Shown here one piece after another: positions 18,059 through 27,319 of a stretch of DNA of 38,780 bases. Each line of letters opens with the position of its first letter. Positions within the stretch are counted from its first letter, which is position 1. Source of the stretch: a virus (lineage: Duplodnaviria; Caudoviricetes); the IMG/VR virus record IMGVR_UViG_3300027193_000001, positions 1-38,780 of that record. One strand, written 5' to 3'. The notes below the pieces were generated by a model. It did not search any database. It was not told the DNA's origin and was given only the letters and a program-made list of their open reading frames with translations. A program made the translations under genes and the position numbers.

Positions 18059-18937
18059 TTAAATTTTGTTACATACAATTTTGAACATACCTTTTTCATC
18101 GATAACTTTAGCACCTAAGCCAACAAGTCCGTGAATAAGAGTACTGAACCCCATATGAGCAAGTTTGCCTGTCTCAAATGTGATATCCGTGTTTACCGCT
18201 ACCCCAATAGGACAAGATTCATTTCCGCTAGCGACGAAAGCGTATGCAAAAGTCTCATCATTAACGTCATCCACTGGGATACTTGCGTTAATACCTTGTG
18301 CTACTTGGAAAGACGGCATTTTTACAAACTTAAACCCGTAGAATGAATCTATTTGACCATTTACTAAAGCTTTCACAGAGTTAAAGTCCGCAGAAGTAAC
18401 TTTAGTGTTTTTCATAAGGTTATGAAGTTGCCTTGGATTAACTACCATTGTCCTACCTTGGTCAGGGATATTAGCGTCATCCATCATAGCTGCAGTTTCT
18501 TGCAAAGCTTCTAATGTTAAACCCGCGTCAGCACCCGAAATATCTTTCGGAATTACATTAGAAGTTGCTGTAGAGGTAATAGCCTCTAGGATTACAGCGT
18601 CTCTACGTCTCGCCATCGCCATTTTTGCAGAGTTAATCAAATATTGCTCTTCTGAGTAATTGATCATTTTTTGTTCTACTGGATCGATGGTCAAATCAAC
18701 ATCGTAGAACTTAACACTCACATCAACTACTGATTTATCAACTGTCCCTAGGATAAGAGGAGAGTTAGAGATATGCTCGTGTGAATACACAATACCTTGT
18801 TTGTTAAATTTGAATGTTTGTGCGTTACCCATTTTCGTGTAAAACATATTGTACTGAAGGATCCCTTCAAATTGGTATTCATTTCTAACTCGAGTATCAA
18901 ACTGGGTTAAGAAATGTTCAGGTAGATTACTAGCCAT
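18059..18937 (-). CDS. Major capsid protein
   Basis: AMARRRD..IL.A, VTSADFNSVKALV.G.ID.FYGFKF and GAK.ID..G motifs of T7/HTVC010P-like capsids. Confidence 0.92.
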   Translation of the reverse strand: MASNLPEHFLTQFDTRVRNEYQFEGILQYNMFYTKMGNAQTFKFNKQGIVYSHEHISNSPLILGTVDKSVVDVSVKFYDVDLTIDPVEQKMINYSEEQYLINSAKMAMARRRDAVILEAITSTATSNVIPKDISGADAGLTLEALQETAAMMDDANIPDQGRTMVVNPRQLHNLMKNTKVTSADFNSVKALVNGQIDSFYGFKFVKMPSFQVAQGINASIPVDDVNDETFAYAFVASGNESCPIGVAVNTDITFETGKLAHMGFSTLIHGLVGLGAKVIDEKGMFKIVCNKI

Positions 18938-19095
18938 AAAAAATATTAAAATTAATAAAGATTTTGTTTTTTTTTTTAATTATCTCTAAGGTTCGTATCG
19001 AGTATTCTTTTCAGAGTCAATTTATTATACTATAATTGCTGGATCCCTTCGGGTGTGTCCTACACTAATGGTATAAACCTATTGCGATTAATTAC

Positions 19096-19123
19096 ATAAT
19101 ATATGTGTAATTATATTTGTCAA
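19096..19123 (-). promoter_or_regulatory. Sigma70-like promoter TTGACA-N16-TATTAT for the capsid gene, overlapped by a palindrome
   Basis: Minus-strand read; TAATTACA...TGTAATTA IR at 19089-19113. Confidence 0.7.
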
Positions 19124-19126
19124 GAT

Positions 19127-19357
19127 TTATTTCGTTTTTGAAAAATTTTCCAGCACACCAATACCTAACAAACTCGACCCTGAATAAACGAATGTATGGA
19201 CTAAATCTAAGAGTATAACTTGGTTGGGAATCTCACTATAAAAGCTTAATCCAAATATTACCAATGATAAAAGCATAGCAAAGACCACCATGGCAAATCC
19301 AGTTAATCTCTTACTGGATTGATTGCCCTCTAAATCTTCGAAAAATCTAGCTACCAT
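19127..19357 (-). CDS. Small 2-TM membrane protein, holin-like
   Basis: G..SSKR followed by two hydrophobic helices and a charged C-terminus. Confidence 0.6.
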   Translation of the reverse strand: MVARFFEDLEGNQSSKRLTGFAMVVFAMLLSLVIFGLSFYSEIPNQVILLDLVHTFVYSGSSLLGIGVLENFSKTK

Positions 19358-19369
19358 TCTGCGTATAAT

Positions 19370-20227
19370 TTAGAGACCCTTTTTTTGTGCGTTCCCGTAT
19401 TCTACCCACATAGCATTTATCCTTTCCTGAGCTTTAGCGTCCGTCTGAAGGATATTTTTGTTAGCCTCTTGGAATGTCATAATTTCTTTATAAATGTCTA
19501 CTGAAGCTTTAGCAACTGGTGCTGCTGAAGTTCCCGTTGGTATGTTCCTTTCGGTTTGTCCACATAGTAAGCGGTGCATTAAATCTACTTGAGAAGCCTC
19601 GACGTAAGGAAACGCAAATAGCGACGCAAAAATTGTTGCGTCTTCGGGGGATAGTTTAGAACCAAAAGTATTTAACGCCTGAACTTTTTTCATTCCTTCC
19701 TGACCTAACTCTTGCTTAATCGATTCTTGTTTTTCTTTAATGATAGACTCTTGTCTTTCAACTGCACCTGCTAAAATATCCTTAGCTTGCTTTTCTGACA
19801 CCCCCGCTTTTTCAAAACCTTTTATAAGCATATTAATCTCCGGAATAGCGGGGTCATAAGTTAGACCTTCAGGCAAACTTTTGTCAGCTTTCCAAGATTC
19901 TACTTTTTTAGACCATGTTTCTTCAGAGTAATCTTCCATAGGCTTATACTGCTCTTTCATCTTATTTAGCTCCGCCCCCTGTTCACGAATCTTAGCTTCT
20001 GCATTCTGATAACCTTTCTGAGCGTCTTCTTGCGTCTTATATTTCCCAAAAAGAAGAGCTTCCGACTTTCCATCCTTTGGTGGTACCACGTCGGCAGGGT
20101 CTATCCCTTTATGTGGAGAGTCCTGATAGTTGAATACTGTGTTTAGATCCGGCGTAACTGTACCTGCTGTGGCGTTACTAGCTTGAGTAGAATCGGGTGC
20201 GTTTGTTGCACTATTGTCTGCTTGCAT
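19370..20227 (-). CDS. Capsid assembly scaffolding protein
   Basis: LLFGKYKT.ED..KGY...E motif, acidic and helical; lies between portal and MCP. Confidence 0.85.
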   Translation of the reverse strand: MQADNSATNAPDSTQASNATAGTVTPDLNTVFNYQDSPHKGIDPADVVPPKDGKSEALLFGKYKTQEDAQKGYQNAEAKIREQGAELNKMKEQYKPMEDYSEETWSKKVESWKADKSLPEGLTYDPAIPEINMLIKGFEKAGVSEKQAKDILAGAVERQESIIKEKQESIKQELGQEGMKKVQALNTFGSKLSPEDATIFASLFAFPYVEASQVDLMHRLLCGQTERNIPTGTSAAPVAKASVDIYKEIMTFQEANKNILQTDAKAQERINAMWVEYGNAQKKGL

Positions 20228-20474
20228 ATTTAGAAACTTTATTAATTAATCGGGTTATTTCGTGATAAATATCTGACCTTCCTAGCTCCCTTGCTGTAAG
20301 TAAAGCTGTTTGGATCCCGTCTTGAACTCCTAGCCCTATTGGCTTTTCTATCGTGCGTTTTCTTAGCCAATCGGTAAAAACTTTACCTTCCGCGGATATT
20401 AAATGAGCGTATATCTTCAACTCTTCGTCCATCGGTTCTAACTGTTTTTGGTTATGATTTTCGTTGTCTTGCAT
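20211..20474 (-). CDS. Small conserved protein between portal and scaffold (Bbp19-like)
   Basis: EGK....WLR..TIE...RE.G......I pattern and synteny. Confidence 0.7.
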   Translation of the reverse strand: MQDNENHNQKQLEPMDEELKIYAHLISAEGKVFTDWLRKRTIEKPIGLGVQDGIQTALLTARELGRSDIYHEITRLINKVSKYASRQ

Positions 20475-20479
20475 AATTA

Positions 20480-22102
20480 CTATTGTAAAGTTCCGCTATT
20501 AGCTTGTACTTGCATGTTCTGCTCTGCCATCTGACCCATCTGCATAAGCTTTTGTTTTAACGCGTCTAGTTGTTCTTGTGTCAGCTGTATATCTGCAGGT
20601 ATGTTTAAGAATTTCGCCATGTGTTGCACGACTTTATCAGGTTGTACCAATGTCATAGCTACCTGAGGACCAAATACCCCTGCCAAGAATTGGATAAACT
20701 GTTGTATCGCCATAACACTTTCTTGGTCTTGTGCGGCTGCTAGAGGTGACTCGTGTTTTACTCCGATGATCTTACCGTCAATAATCAATTTATCCCCCAT
20801 AGTCGGGAGTAATTCCCATTCATTTAGCACATAAAGTACCCTATTGATCAATGGTGTAATCATTTCATATTGAAGTCTGCCGAACGCTGAACCAATTCTC
20901 TTCGCGAGTTCCTGCTGCCTATATGCAACTTCTGTTGCAGTCTTGACTGGAAGATCAATAGGTCCTAGCGGATCGGCAAACATCGTTTCATTAATGCTTG
21001 TACGCAAGTCATTAATAACCATTTGGCTTATATCAAAACCTCCTGGGATACTTAGTGGGGAAATCGATGGGGAACTCATTCCACCTGGGTTTTTCATAAC
21101 AGGGATAATCGCATGCGGTCCCATCTGAATATTTTCTACATTCATCACTCCATCTTCCTCGGCTGTCCACATACCTGCAGCGTCAATGGAAGCCCTTTTA
21201 AGGATTAGTTCTTTCGTTTTGTTAAGACTTTTGATATCAGGTAGTGCGAACATCGCCGGACCTCTCCCATAGATTTCTCCGGGGGCTACTGACCATCGGA
21301 ATACTATCCATGGCGAACTCTCTTGCTCCCTTTCAACAATGACATCTTTCGTGTTTTCATACAAAACTTTATAAATATACCCATTAACTTCTACTTCTTT
21401 CATCGTAGTCTTGAGAGTTTGGGGGTCTTGCTCAGTTCGTTTTACCCAAATTTTTGAAGGGTATGTACATTCAATAAAATACTCTTGCTTACTAGGCTCT
21501 GATTCAATTACCTTTTGAAGTGCGTCCGGTATCTTAGCGTCTTCCCAGGTAGCTTGAACATTCCTAACCTCTAGCTTATGTTTGCGGAAAACTGTATCTA
21601 TCTTGCCATACGGTCCTTCTTCTAAGTATAATTCGTTTAGGGGAACTGTCACAAATCTTAGTGGGGTTCTTTCATCGTCCCCTTTTAAACATAATAACGC
21701 ACCTGTACCAACTGCAAGGTCGGTAAAAGCTTCCGCAATTTGGGTGTCGAAATTACTATTTTGTAAGGCAGAAAACATGATGTTTGAAACCGAATCCAAT
21801 GTAATCTTAACTTGGTCAAGCATTTCCGGAGGTATACTTTCTCCAGGGATTAACCTAGTCCACTTTTTCATGGGTGGGACCAACGAAGACTGTAGGTTAG
21901 ATACGAATTTGTTTAATGCGGTAATCGCTGTGGAATCGCAAATATTTAGAGGGTCTCTTTTATTTGTTGCCCCATCCGATTTTTGCGAAAACCCTTCCCT
22001 CTCAGGTGCCACATATTGCAGAGTATCTTTATAAATAACCTCCCAATTCGTTTTCCTTTTCGCTGATTCATCAAATCTTTTTTTCAGAGTTTCAAAATTC
22101 AT
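20480..22102 (-). CDS. Portal (head-to-tail connector, T7 gp8-like)
   Basis: DSTA, DLAVGTG, RW...GEIYGRGP..ALPDIK.LN and TATEV motifs. Confidence 0.95.
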   Translation of the reverse strand: MNFETLKKRFDESAKRKTNWEVIYKDTLQYVAPEREGFSQKSDGATNKRDPLNICDSTAITALNKFVSNLQSSLVPPMKKWTRLIPGESIPPEMLDQVKITLDSVSNIMFSALQNSNFDTQIAEAFTDLAVGTGALLCLKGDDERTPLRFVTVPLNELYLEEGPYGKIDTVFRKHKLEVRNVQATWEDAKIPDALQKVIESEPSKQEYFIECTYPSKIWVKRTEQDPQTLKTTMKEVEVNGYIYKVLYENTKDVIVEREQESSPWIVFRWSVAPGEIYGRGPAMFALPDIKSLNKTKELILKRASIDAAGMWTAEEDGVMNVENIQMGPHAIIPVMKNPGGMSSPSISPLSIPGGFDISQMVINDLRTSINETMFADPLGPIDLPVKTATEVAYRQQELAKRIGSAFGRLQYEMITPLINRVLYVLNEWELLPTMGDKLIIDGKIIGVKHESPLAAAQDQESVMAIQQFIQFLAGVFGPQVAMTLVQPDKVVQHMAKFLNIPADIQLTQEQLDALKQKLMQMGQMAEQNMQVQANSGTLQ

Positions 22103-22112
22103 TTGTGCGTGG

Positions 22113-22355
22113 TTAAATTCCTAATAAGTTTGGGGTTGTTGTTGCTGTCTTGACTACTCCCTGCTCTGAAGTAGATATGAGAGTCGCTCTTCCACTCTGA
22201 TTCCTTCTCCGGGCGTTAAATTGTGCAGTTGCCTTGGTTGCTAATGCTTCTTTATTTGCTTGTAACTCACTAGCCCTTTGGGTAAGAGAATCTTGTTGAG
22301 CTTTAGAGGCAGCTATTTGAGCTGAATTATCAGGCACTGAAGGACTTCCACCCAT
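22113..22355 (-). CDS. Small virion protein (gp7.3-like position)
   Basis: MGG.P..P N-terminus, RRR..GR..LI and terminal LLG; lies upstream of the portal. Confidence 0.7.
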   Translation of the reverse strand: MGGSPSVPDNSAQIAASKAQQDSLTQRASELQANKEALATKATAQFNARRRNQSGRATLISTSEQGVVKTATTTPNLLGI

Positions 22356-22361
22356 ATTTTT

Positions 22362-22826
22362 CTAAAATAAATTACGGCAACCTTTGCTACGTAAAGCTTT
22401 ATACAGCTGAAACGGTGTTATAGCATAAGAAGCTATACCCATAGCTCGCATTATATACGCTGTACACAAAGGTAACTTTGATATTAATTTATTTAAAGAA
22501 TTATATTTGTCAAGAAATATTTTTAATTTTATAATTTTTGGTGGTTTGCCTACGCACGCACTCCTATAATCTCTCATAAAAGAATACCAATGTAAAACTT
22601 CAATTGGCTTAGATTCTCTAAAGTATACCTTACATTTACTCAAATTTACAACGGGATCTTGGATTCTTACAAACTGCCTACCGCCTTCTTCCCAAGAGTG
22701 TATTACCAATACGTGTAAGAATGGTTTTTTTAAAAACTTTGACCACCAATGGGGGGTAGCTAAATCCTCCGTAAATACAGCGAAACTTTGGAAATTTTTT
22801 AGCCCGTTGTCTAGTATATACTCCAT
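22362..22826 (-). CDS. Permuted papain-like (His...Cys) protein
   Basis: FLHVLV ... LCTAY....GI.....TPFQLY.AL. Confidence 0.55.
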   Translation of the reverse strand: MEYILDNGLKNFQSFAVFTEDLATPHWWSKFLKKPFLHVLVIHSWEEGGRQFVRIQDPVVNLSKCKVYFRESKPIEVLHWYSFMRDYRSACVGKPPKIIKLKIFLDKYNSLNKLISKLPLCTAYIMRAMGIASYAITPFQLYKALRSKGCRNLF

Positions 22827-24325
22827 GATTTTCCAACAAAAGACTTACCTATATTACTTTTTTGGGTAGCCCTAAGCTCCCTATACTCCCCACCGCCGCA
22901 CATTAGATACTGTAAAGCGTCGTGGGGGTGACTATATTCGTTCTTGTCCGGCTCTTGTGTATATTTTGCGTCGCCACTTACGCTCAACTTCCTGTACTTA
23001 TACTGCCCGTTGAACCCTTTCCGTACTATACGACAACTCTTATCTAGCAAAAACCCTGGTTTCCCTCCTATTAACCTAAGCAACGGCTGTAGAACTGCGT
23101 CTCTTCTAGGCATAAAATTATTCGTCGGAGCTGCCTGGATAATGATACCTTTGTTACGAAACAAATCATACGCAGTCATACCTTGCTGATCGCGAAATCC
23201 CCCCGATGGATCTCCGTAAATACTTAATCTATGCCCCGAAAGGTTAGTGTCAATATACGATTTCAGCATACCCGCAAACTGTGGTATACTTATGGTCTCC
23301 CCTTTTGGTGTTGTTATTTCAGCAAACACTTGCCATTGTCCATCTATTGTCCGTTGTGCAAACACGCAACACGGCGTTAACCCAAAGTCGACACCTGCAT
23401 AGATCGTAGATTGAGGTATGATTTTTATTGGGTCCTTAGCTACATGTAAATCTTCATTGAAACTACTGCCATATACAGGTTGACCACTCTGAATAAATCC
23501 ATACTTACCATGTAAAAATACATCTATATATTCTTTAGTTTTACCTGAAGTTTGGGTATCATAGTATCCTTTAGGTAGGTTTTCTTTATTCTCCGCTTCT
23601 TCAGAAAATCCTGATGGTTGATCAAAAAAACTAAACCTTTGATTTGGGGGTACTAGGTTTAAATCGCGTTTGTTTCCTTCCCTATCTATCAACCAACCGT
23701 CTTCTTCTGCATAATTGTACCACCAGTGAGTATCGTCAGGCGGGTTCGTATCCGCAATAATTCCATACCAAGGTAACCACTCTTCATCACTCATTGTTTC
23801 AGGCTTCTCCTTCCTTGATGGGTATCTTCCTACCCTGCCTGTTGCTGCGTCTAAGATCGACTTATTAATAAATCTAGCTTCATTTAACCAAATGCCTGTA
23901 GCTTCAAGTGATAACAATTTCTTCATATCCTCGTCCCGGTCTAATGCTAGAAATATGACTTCCATCTCGATATCTGATATCCTAACAGTGTGCGTGATTG
24001 GAGGCTTCCTACTCATGTGACCAAAGATACTTTCCGGAAACCAATCTAACCACGTCTTAATTGTCGTAGTTTCAAGTTCCGGACCTGTATTTCTTACTGC
24101 TACCCACCTAGATTTACGAAGCCCTGAAATCCCTTTTGGTCTTTGCCCAGCTATGATAAACATCTCTAGGCAGCACGATACTGATTTACCTGATCCTACG
24201 GGTCCCTTTAGCCCACGGAAGAAGCTGCGATCTTGGTGAAACTTTGCCGAAACTGGACCCGCTGGGGAGTAATTTAGATTAAACTCTTCGGGTGTCGCCG
24301 AAAAGCTTTTTTTTATTCTACTCAT
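22811..24325 (-). CDS. terL: Terminase large subunit
   Basis: Walker A GPVGSGKS, Walker B WLNEA, DTNPP, and nuclease GVDFG and SHPHDALQY. Confidence 0.96.
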   Translation of the reverse strand: MSRIKKSFSATPEEFNLNYSPAGPVSAKFHQDRSFFRGLKGPVGSGKSVSCCLEMFIIAGQRPKGISGLRKSRWVAVRNTGPELETTTIKTWLDWFPESIFGHMSRKPPITHTVRISDIEMEVIFLALDRDEDMKKLLSLEATGIWLNEARFINKSILDAATGRVGRYPSRKEKPETMSDEEWLPWYGIIADTNPPDDTHWWYNYAEEDGWLIDREGNKRDLNLVPPNQRFSFFDQPSGFSEEAENKENLPKGYYDTQTSGKTKEYIDVFLHGKYGFIQSGQPVYGSSFNEDLHVAKDPIKIIPQSTIYAGVDFGLTPCCVFAQRTIDGQWQVFAEITTPKGETISIPQFAGMLKSYIDTNLSGHRLSIYGDPSGGFRDQQGMTAYDLFRNKGIIIQAAPTNNFMPRRDAVLQPLLRLIGGKPGFLLDKSCRIVRKGFNGQYKYRKLSVSGDAKYTQEPDKNEYSHPHDALQYLMCGGGEYRELRATQKSNIGKSFVGKSWSIY

Positions 24326-24767
24326 AAGCAGCGTTTGCGTCTTCCGTAGATTTTACATTCTTTGGAGCTTTATTGTTTTGTGCTTTTGGAAGTTCTGTTA
24401 TCGTAGGTTGTTGAATCTTTGCTTGGAGTTCGCCAACTATATTTTGAAGTTTCCGAATGAGTACCAAATGCTCTTGGCTTTCTTTGGTGTTAGTTTCCAA
24501 TGATACTTTTAAAGATTCTATAATCGCGGAAGTTTCACTAGGTTTGTCTTCTGATTGGACTGGGGTACCCAATTGGCTCGGTTGTATAACCGTATTTTCT
24601 CCAAAAAATCTACGGAATGGTACCACTACGTACATTTTACCACAGCAGTCGCATTTACCAAATTCGGTACTAACTTTGAAATTCGCACCTATATGTAGGT
24701 GGTTGTTGGCATTTATACAGTCTATGCAGACTTTTTCAAGGACTTTTTTGTTCATTTTATTGACCAT
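24318..24767 (-). CDS. Hypothetical Zn-ribbon plus coiled-coil protein
   Basis: CIDC...CDCC; overlaps both terS and terL. Confidence 0.6.
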   Translation of the reverse strand: MVNKMNKKVLEKVCIDCINANNHLHIGANFKVSTEFGKCDCCGKMYVVVPFRRFFGENTVIQPSQLGTPVQSEDKPSETSAIIESLKVSLETNTKESQEHLVLIRKLQNIVGELQAKIQQPTITELPKAQNNKAPKNVKSTEDANAAYE

Positions 24768-25293
24768 TAATTAATTTTAAATTTAAACTGCTTTCGCTTA
24801 ATGTTACATTCTGAATAGGTTTATCGTTAGATAAACTAATATTAATTGATACCTTCGTTTGAACTCTATCTTCTTTTTCGCTTAGCTGCCCGGTAGCTTT
24901 TAGAAAGGTTGCAGCCATGTTTGCCAATGGTGCGGCTACTTTACTATCCCCTTCATCGAATCTTTTTTCGATCTTATTGTATACCTGCATGAATTTCTTC
25001 GCTCCTTTGGCAGGCGTGAGGTTTAAGGACTCGATAAAGTCTTCTTTAGCGTCTTCCATAGCGTGGCGTATCTTTGGGTCGTCTAGTGCCTTCCTAAGCC
25101 CTTTAGCGTCTATTCCAACGATTTTAGCGGATTCGTGTATGTCCAGTGTCTCGCGGTAAGACTTTAGGAATAGGTAATGCTTCATATTCCAAAAAGGTTG
25201 GTCAGGTAAACCATTGGAGATATCCTCTTGGGTGGGTAAATCTTTAGGTTTCATGCTAGCTGAAACTTTGCGGATTTTTTCCTTTTCTGACAT
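24757..25293 (-). CDS. terS: Terminase small subunit (putative)
   Basis: HTH-like N-terminal half (FL..Y......SAK.VG), helical core, beta C-terminal tail (VSINISL); first gene of the late arm. Confidence 0.7.
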   Translation of the reverse strand: MSEKEKIRKVSASMKPKDLPTQEDISNGLPDQPFWNMKHYLFLKSYRETLDIHESAKIVGIDAKGLRKALDDPKIRHAMEDAKEDFIESLNLTPAKGAKKFMQVYNKIEKRFDEGDSKVAAPLANMAATFLKATGQLSEKEDRVQTKVSINISLSNDKPIQNVTLSESSLNLKLINGQ

Positions 25294-25324
25294 TCTTGAT
25301 GTTTTGAATTATTATTTCTTTAAA

Positions 25325-25353
25325 TATTTAAAATCTGGTTTTACAAAAGTCAA
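25325..25353 (-). promoter_or_regulatory. Putative sigma70-like promoter for the late arm (TTGACT, AT-rich -10)
   Basis: TTGACT at 25353-25348; -10 region overlaps the 14-bp palindrome TTTAAATATTTAAA. Confidence 0.45.
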
Positions 25354-26035
25354 GGCTAAAATTTTTAGTGGCTTGGGTGTGTTAGTGTATTGGCTGCGTT
25401 GTTGTGTCTGCTGTGGACGTGAGTGGGCTGTGTGGGCGTTTTTAGCTTAGGGTGCCAACGGCTCCCGTGCGACCCAAAAAATTATAGATGTCAATTACCC
25501 ACGTACACCCCTTGCATTCACTTCGCGGGGTACCCCTTCAGATTATAACGCGATCCCCACCCCCTATGCCCATTCAGTTTTTTCAACAGCACCCGCCGTC
25601 CACATTCACACCCCCCGTGTGTATTATATAACTTTCGTTCAATTGATTCATAAGCTCATTAAGTTTATTTAGTTCAAGAAATATTATATCTTTATGTAAA
25701 TACATACACACAATGTACCTTCACCCCCGCATTTCAGGCGTTTTATGAAGTTTTCCGACAAAATGCGTCTCGTAGGAAGCCTTTTAAAGCGTTTTATTGA
25801 TTGCCTTGGAGTGTTTCCCTTGCTGAATAGACTTGATTGATTAAGAGGCTTAGGAAGCTGAATTGCGTATATAAGCTTACGAATTGGGTGTTTTTTGGGT
25901 AAAAATACCACCTAAACTTAATAAAACACCCTAAATTCCAACAGTCTCAACACCTTCCACCTAAAGCCCTTTTACTTTATATATTGACAAAAGCACATTT
26001 TGATTTATCAAATCCCACAACTTATTAAACACACA

Positions 26036-26347
26036 ATGCCTAATGCACCTATATTCAGATATTATGTAACCGTTCGCTTATCTAACATCACCGGGGATTC
26101 TAAAAGCTTTCACATTGACGCTTGCTCAAAAACGGGGGCGTTTTACCAAACTTGGAGGCTTTTAAAGGAACACAATGTAGAAAATGTTTGGTCGGTAACC
26201 ATCCGCCATAAGGCATACCCAGTAGCCAAACAGAACCTAGTCAAAGAACGCAAGAAGCAATTGCAACGCGAAGCTCAAAGAGTAGACAACTTACAAACTA
26301 TAAAAGCTATAAAAATTTACGCTGAATCACATCCACCAAAAGTGTAA
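26036..26347 (+). CDS. Hypothetical early protein (likely ATG start MPNAP)
   Basis: ORF preceded by TTGACA at 25984; protein-like composition. Confidence 0.6.
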   Translation: MPNAPIFRYYVTVRLSNITGDSKSFHIDACSKTGAFYQTWRLLKEHNVENVWSVTIRHKAYPVAKQNLVKERKKQLQREAQRVDNLQTIKAIKIYAESHPPKV

Positions 26348-26677
26348 TGTCTATTTGTTGTGTAATGTCTATTTACACATTACATTTTTAGCATAAAAAT
26401 CCTAGGTCGGAACAGGGTTTTAATCGACTTGTAATCTGTAATGTCTAATTTCTCAAAACTTTCACATAAGAACTCGCTGAAATTATTTTCTTTTAAATTA
26501 AAATTTAATAAAATATAAAATATGTATTTATTTCAATACTATACTATATACTATATACTATATACTAAGTTATATAACATTACACATTACACATTACAAC
26601 ATAGCAATATAGTATATAGTATAAGGGTTTTTGGTGTAATGTCTAATTTTCGTGTAATGTCTATTTACACATTACAC
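26343..26677. repeat. Iteron-like TGTAATGT/ACATTACA array, putative replication origin
   Basis: About 10 copies in both orientations flanking an AT-rich core with CTATATA repeats. Confidence 0.65.
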
Positions 26678-26772
26678 ACGCCCACGCCCCAATGGTTACC
26701 TCACCTCCAACCCCACGCACAAAGATTAACAAACCCTTATGCAATATAGCCTTTTAACCTTTAATCAATATT

Positions 26773-26901
26773 TCTTGAAAAAAATATAAAATATTTCTTG
26801 ACAAATAGAAAAGACTTGTTTTATAGTATTTTATAGAAAAATATAAATCTTGAAATAAATATAAAATATTTCTTGACAAATAGATTTCTATGATTTATAA
26901 C
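26773..26901 (+). promoter_or_regulatory. Tandem early sigma70 promoters within a 37-bp direct repeat (26773-26809, 26848-26884)
   Basis: TTGACA-N18-TATAGT and TTGACA-N17-TATAAC; the repeat copies differ at one base. Confidence 0.85.
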
Positions 26902-26926
26902 TTTATAACAACTTTTTTTAAAATGT

Positions 26927-27304
26927 ATGAATTACATCCAAACAAACATTTCCACTATTTTGTGGGAAGCATTAAAAGACGGCGACCTTAACCCTTCCGA
27001 CGATTGCGTTCTTAACAGCCAGCATTATCACGCCTTGCTTTTTGTGGGTGCAACGAAAGGGCAAATTTACGCAAGTATATTCCCAAAAGCTTTTAACTTG
27101 GAAATGGTTGCGTTAGTTGAGAAGTCCCTTGGTTTTCTTAACACCATACGCAACACTTCAGGGGCGGATTTTGGAGCACAAATGGGTTTTCCCTTGGCAG
27201 AAAAAGCCATGATGAAAATCATAAATATGTTTCCCACCATTGAAATTGGTGCGGTAAATTCACCGTTTGAGGCGAACGAACTACCAATGCTTTATTCTTT
27301 TTAA
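26927..27304 (+). CDS. Hypothetical early protein
   Basis: First ORF after the tandem promoters. Confidence 0.75.
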   Translation: MNYIQTNISTILWEALKDGDLNPSDDCVLNSQHYHALLFVGATKGQIYASIFPKAFNLEMVALVEKSLGFLNTIRNTSGADFGAQMGFPLAEKAMMKIINMFPTIEIGAVNSPFEANELPMLYSF

Positions 27305-27319
27305 TTAATATCAAATTTT

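Noticed and set aside
3913-18346. Numerous + strand ORFs within the structural arm (e.g. 3913-4314, 6702-7247, 11559-11945, 16306-16737)
   Set aside because: They are antisense shadows of well-supported minus-strand genes.
25214-25911. ORFs 25214-25450 (+) and 25684-25911 (-)
   Set aside because: Non-ATG starts, atypical composition, and overlap with terS or the control region; no supporting motifs.
26343-26677. Repeat cluster as a CRISPR mini-array
   Set aside because: Units are 7-25 bp, occur in both orientations and are irregularly spaced, with no unique equal-length spacers.
26522-26749. 75-aa ORF across the iteron array
   Set aside because: The Tyr/Thr/His-rich translation is a by-product of the repeats.
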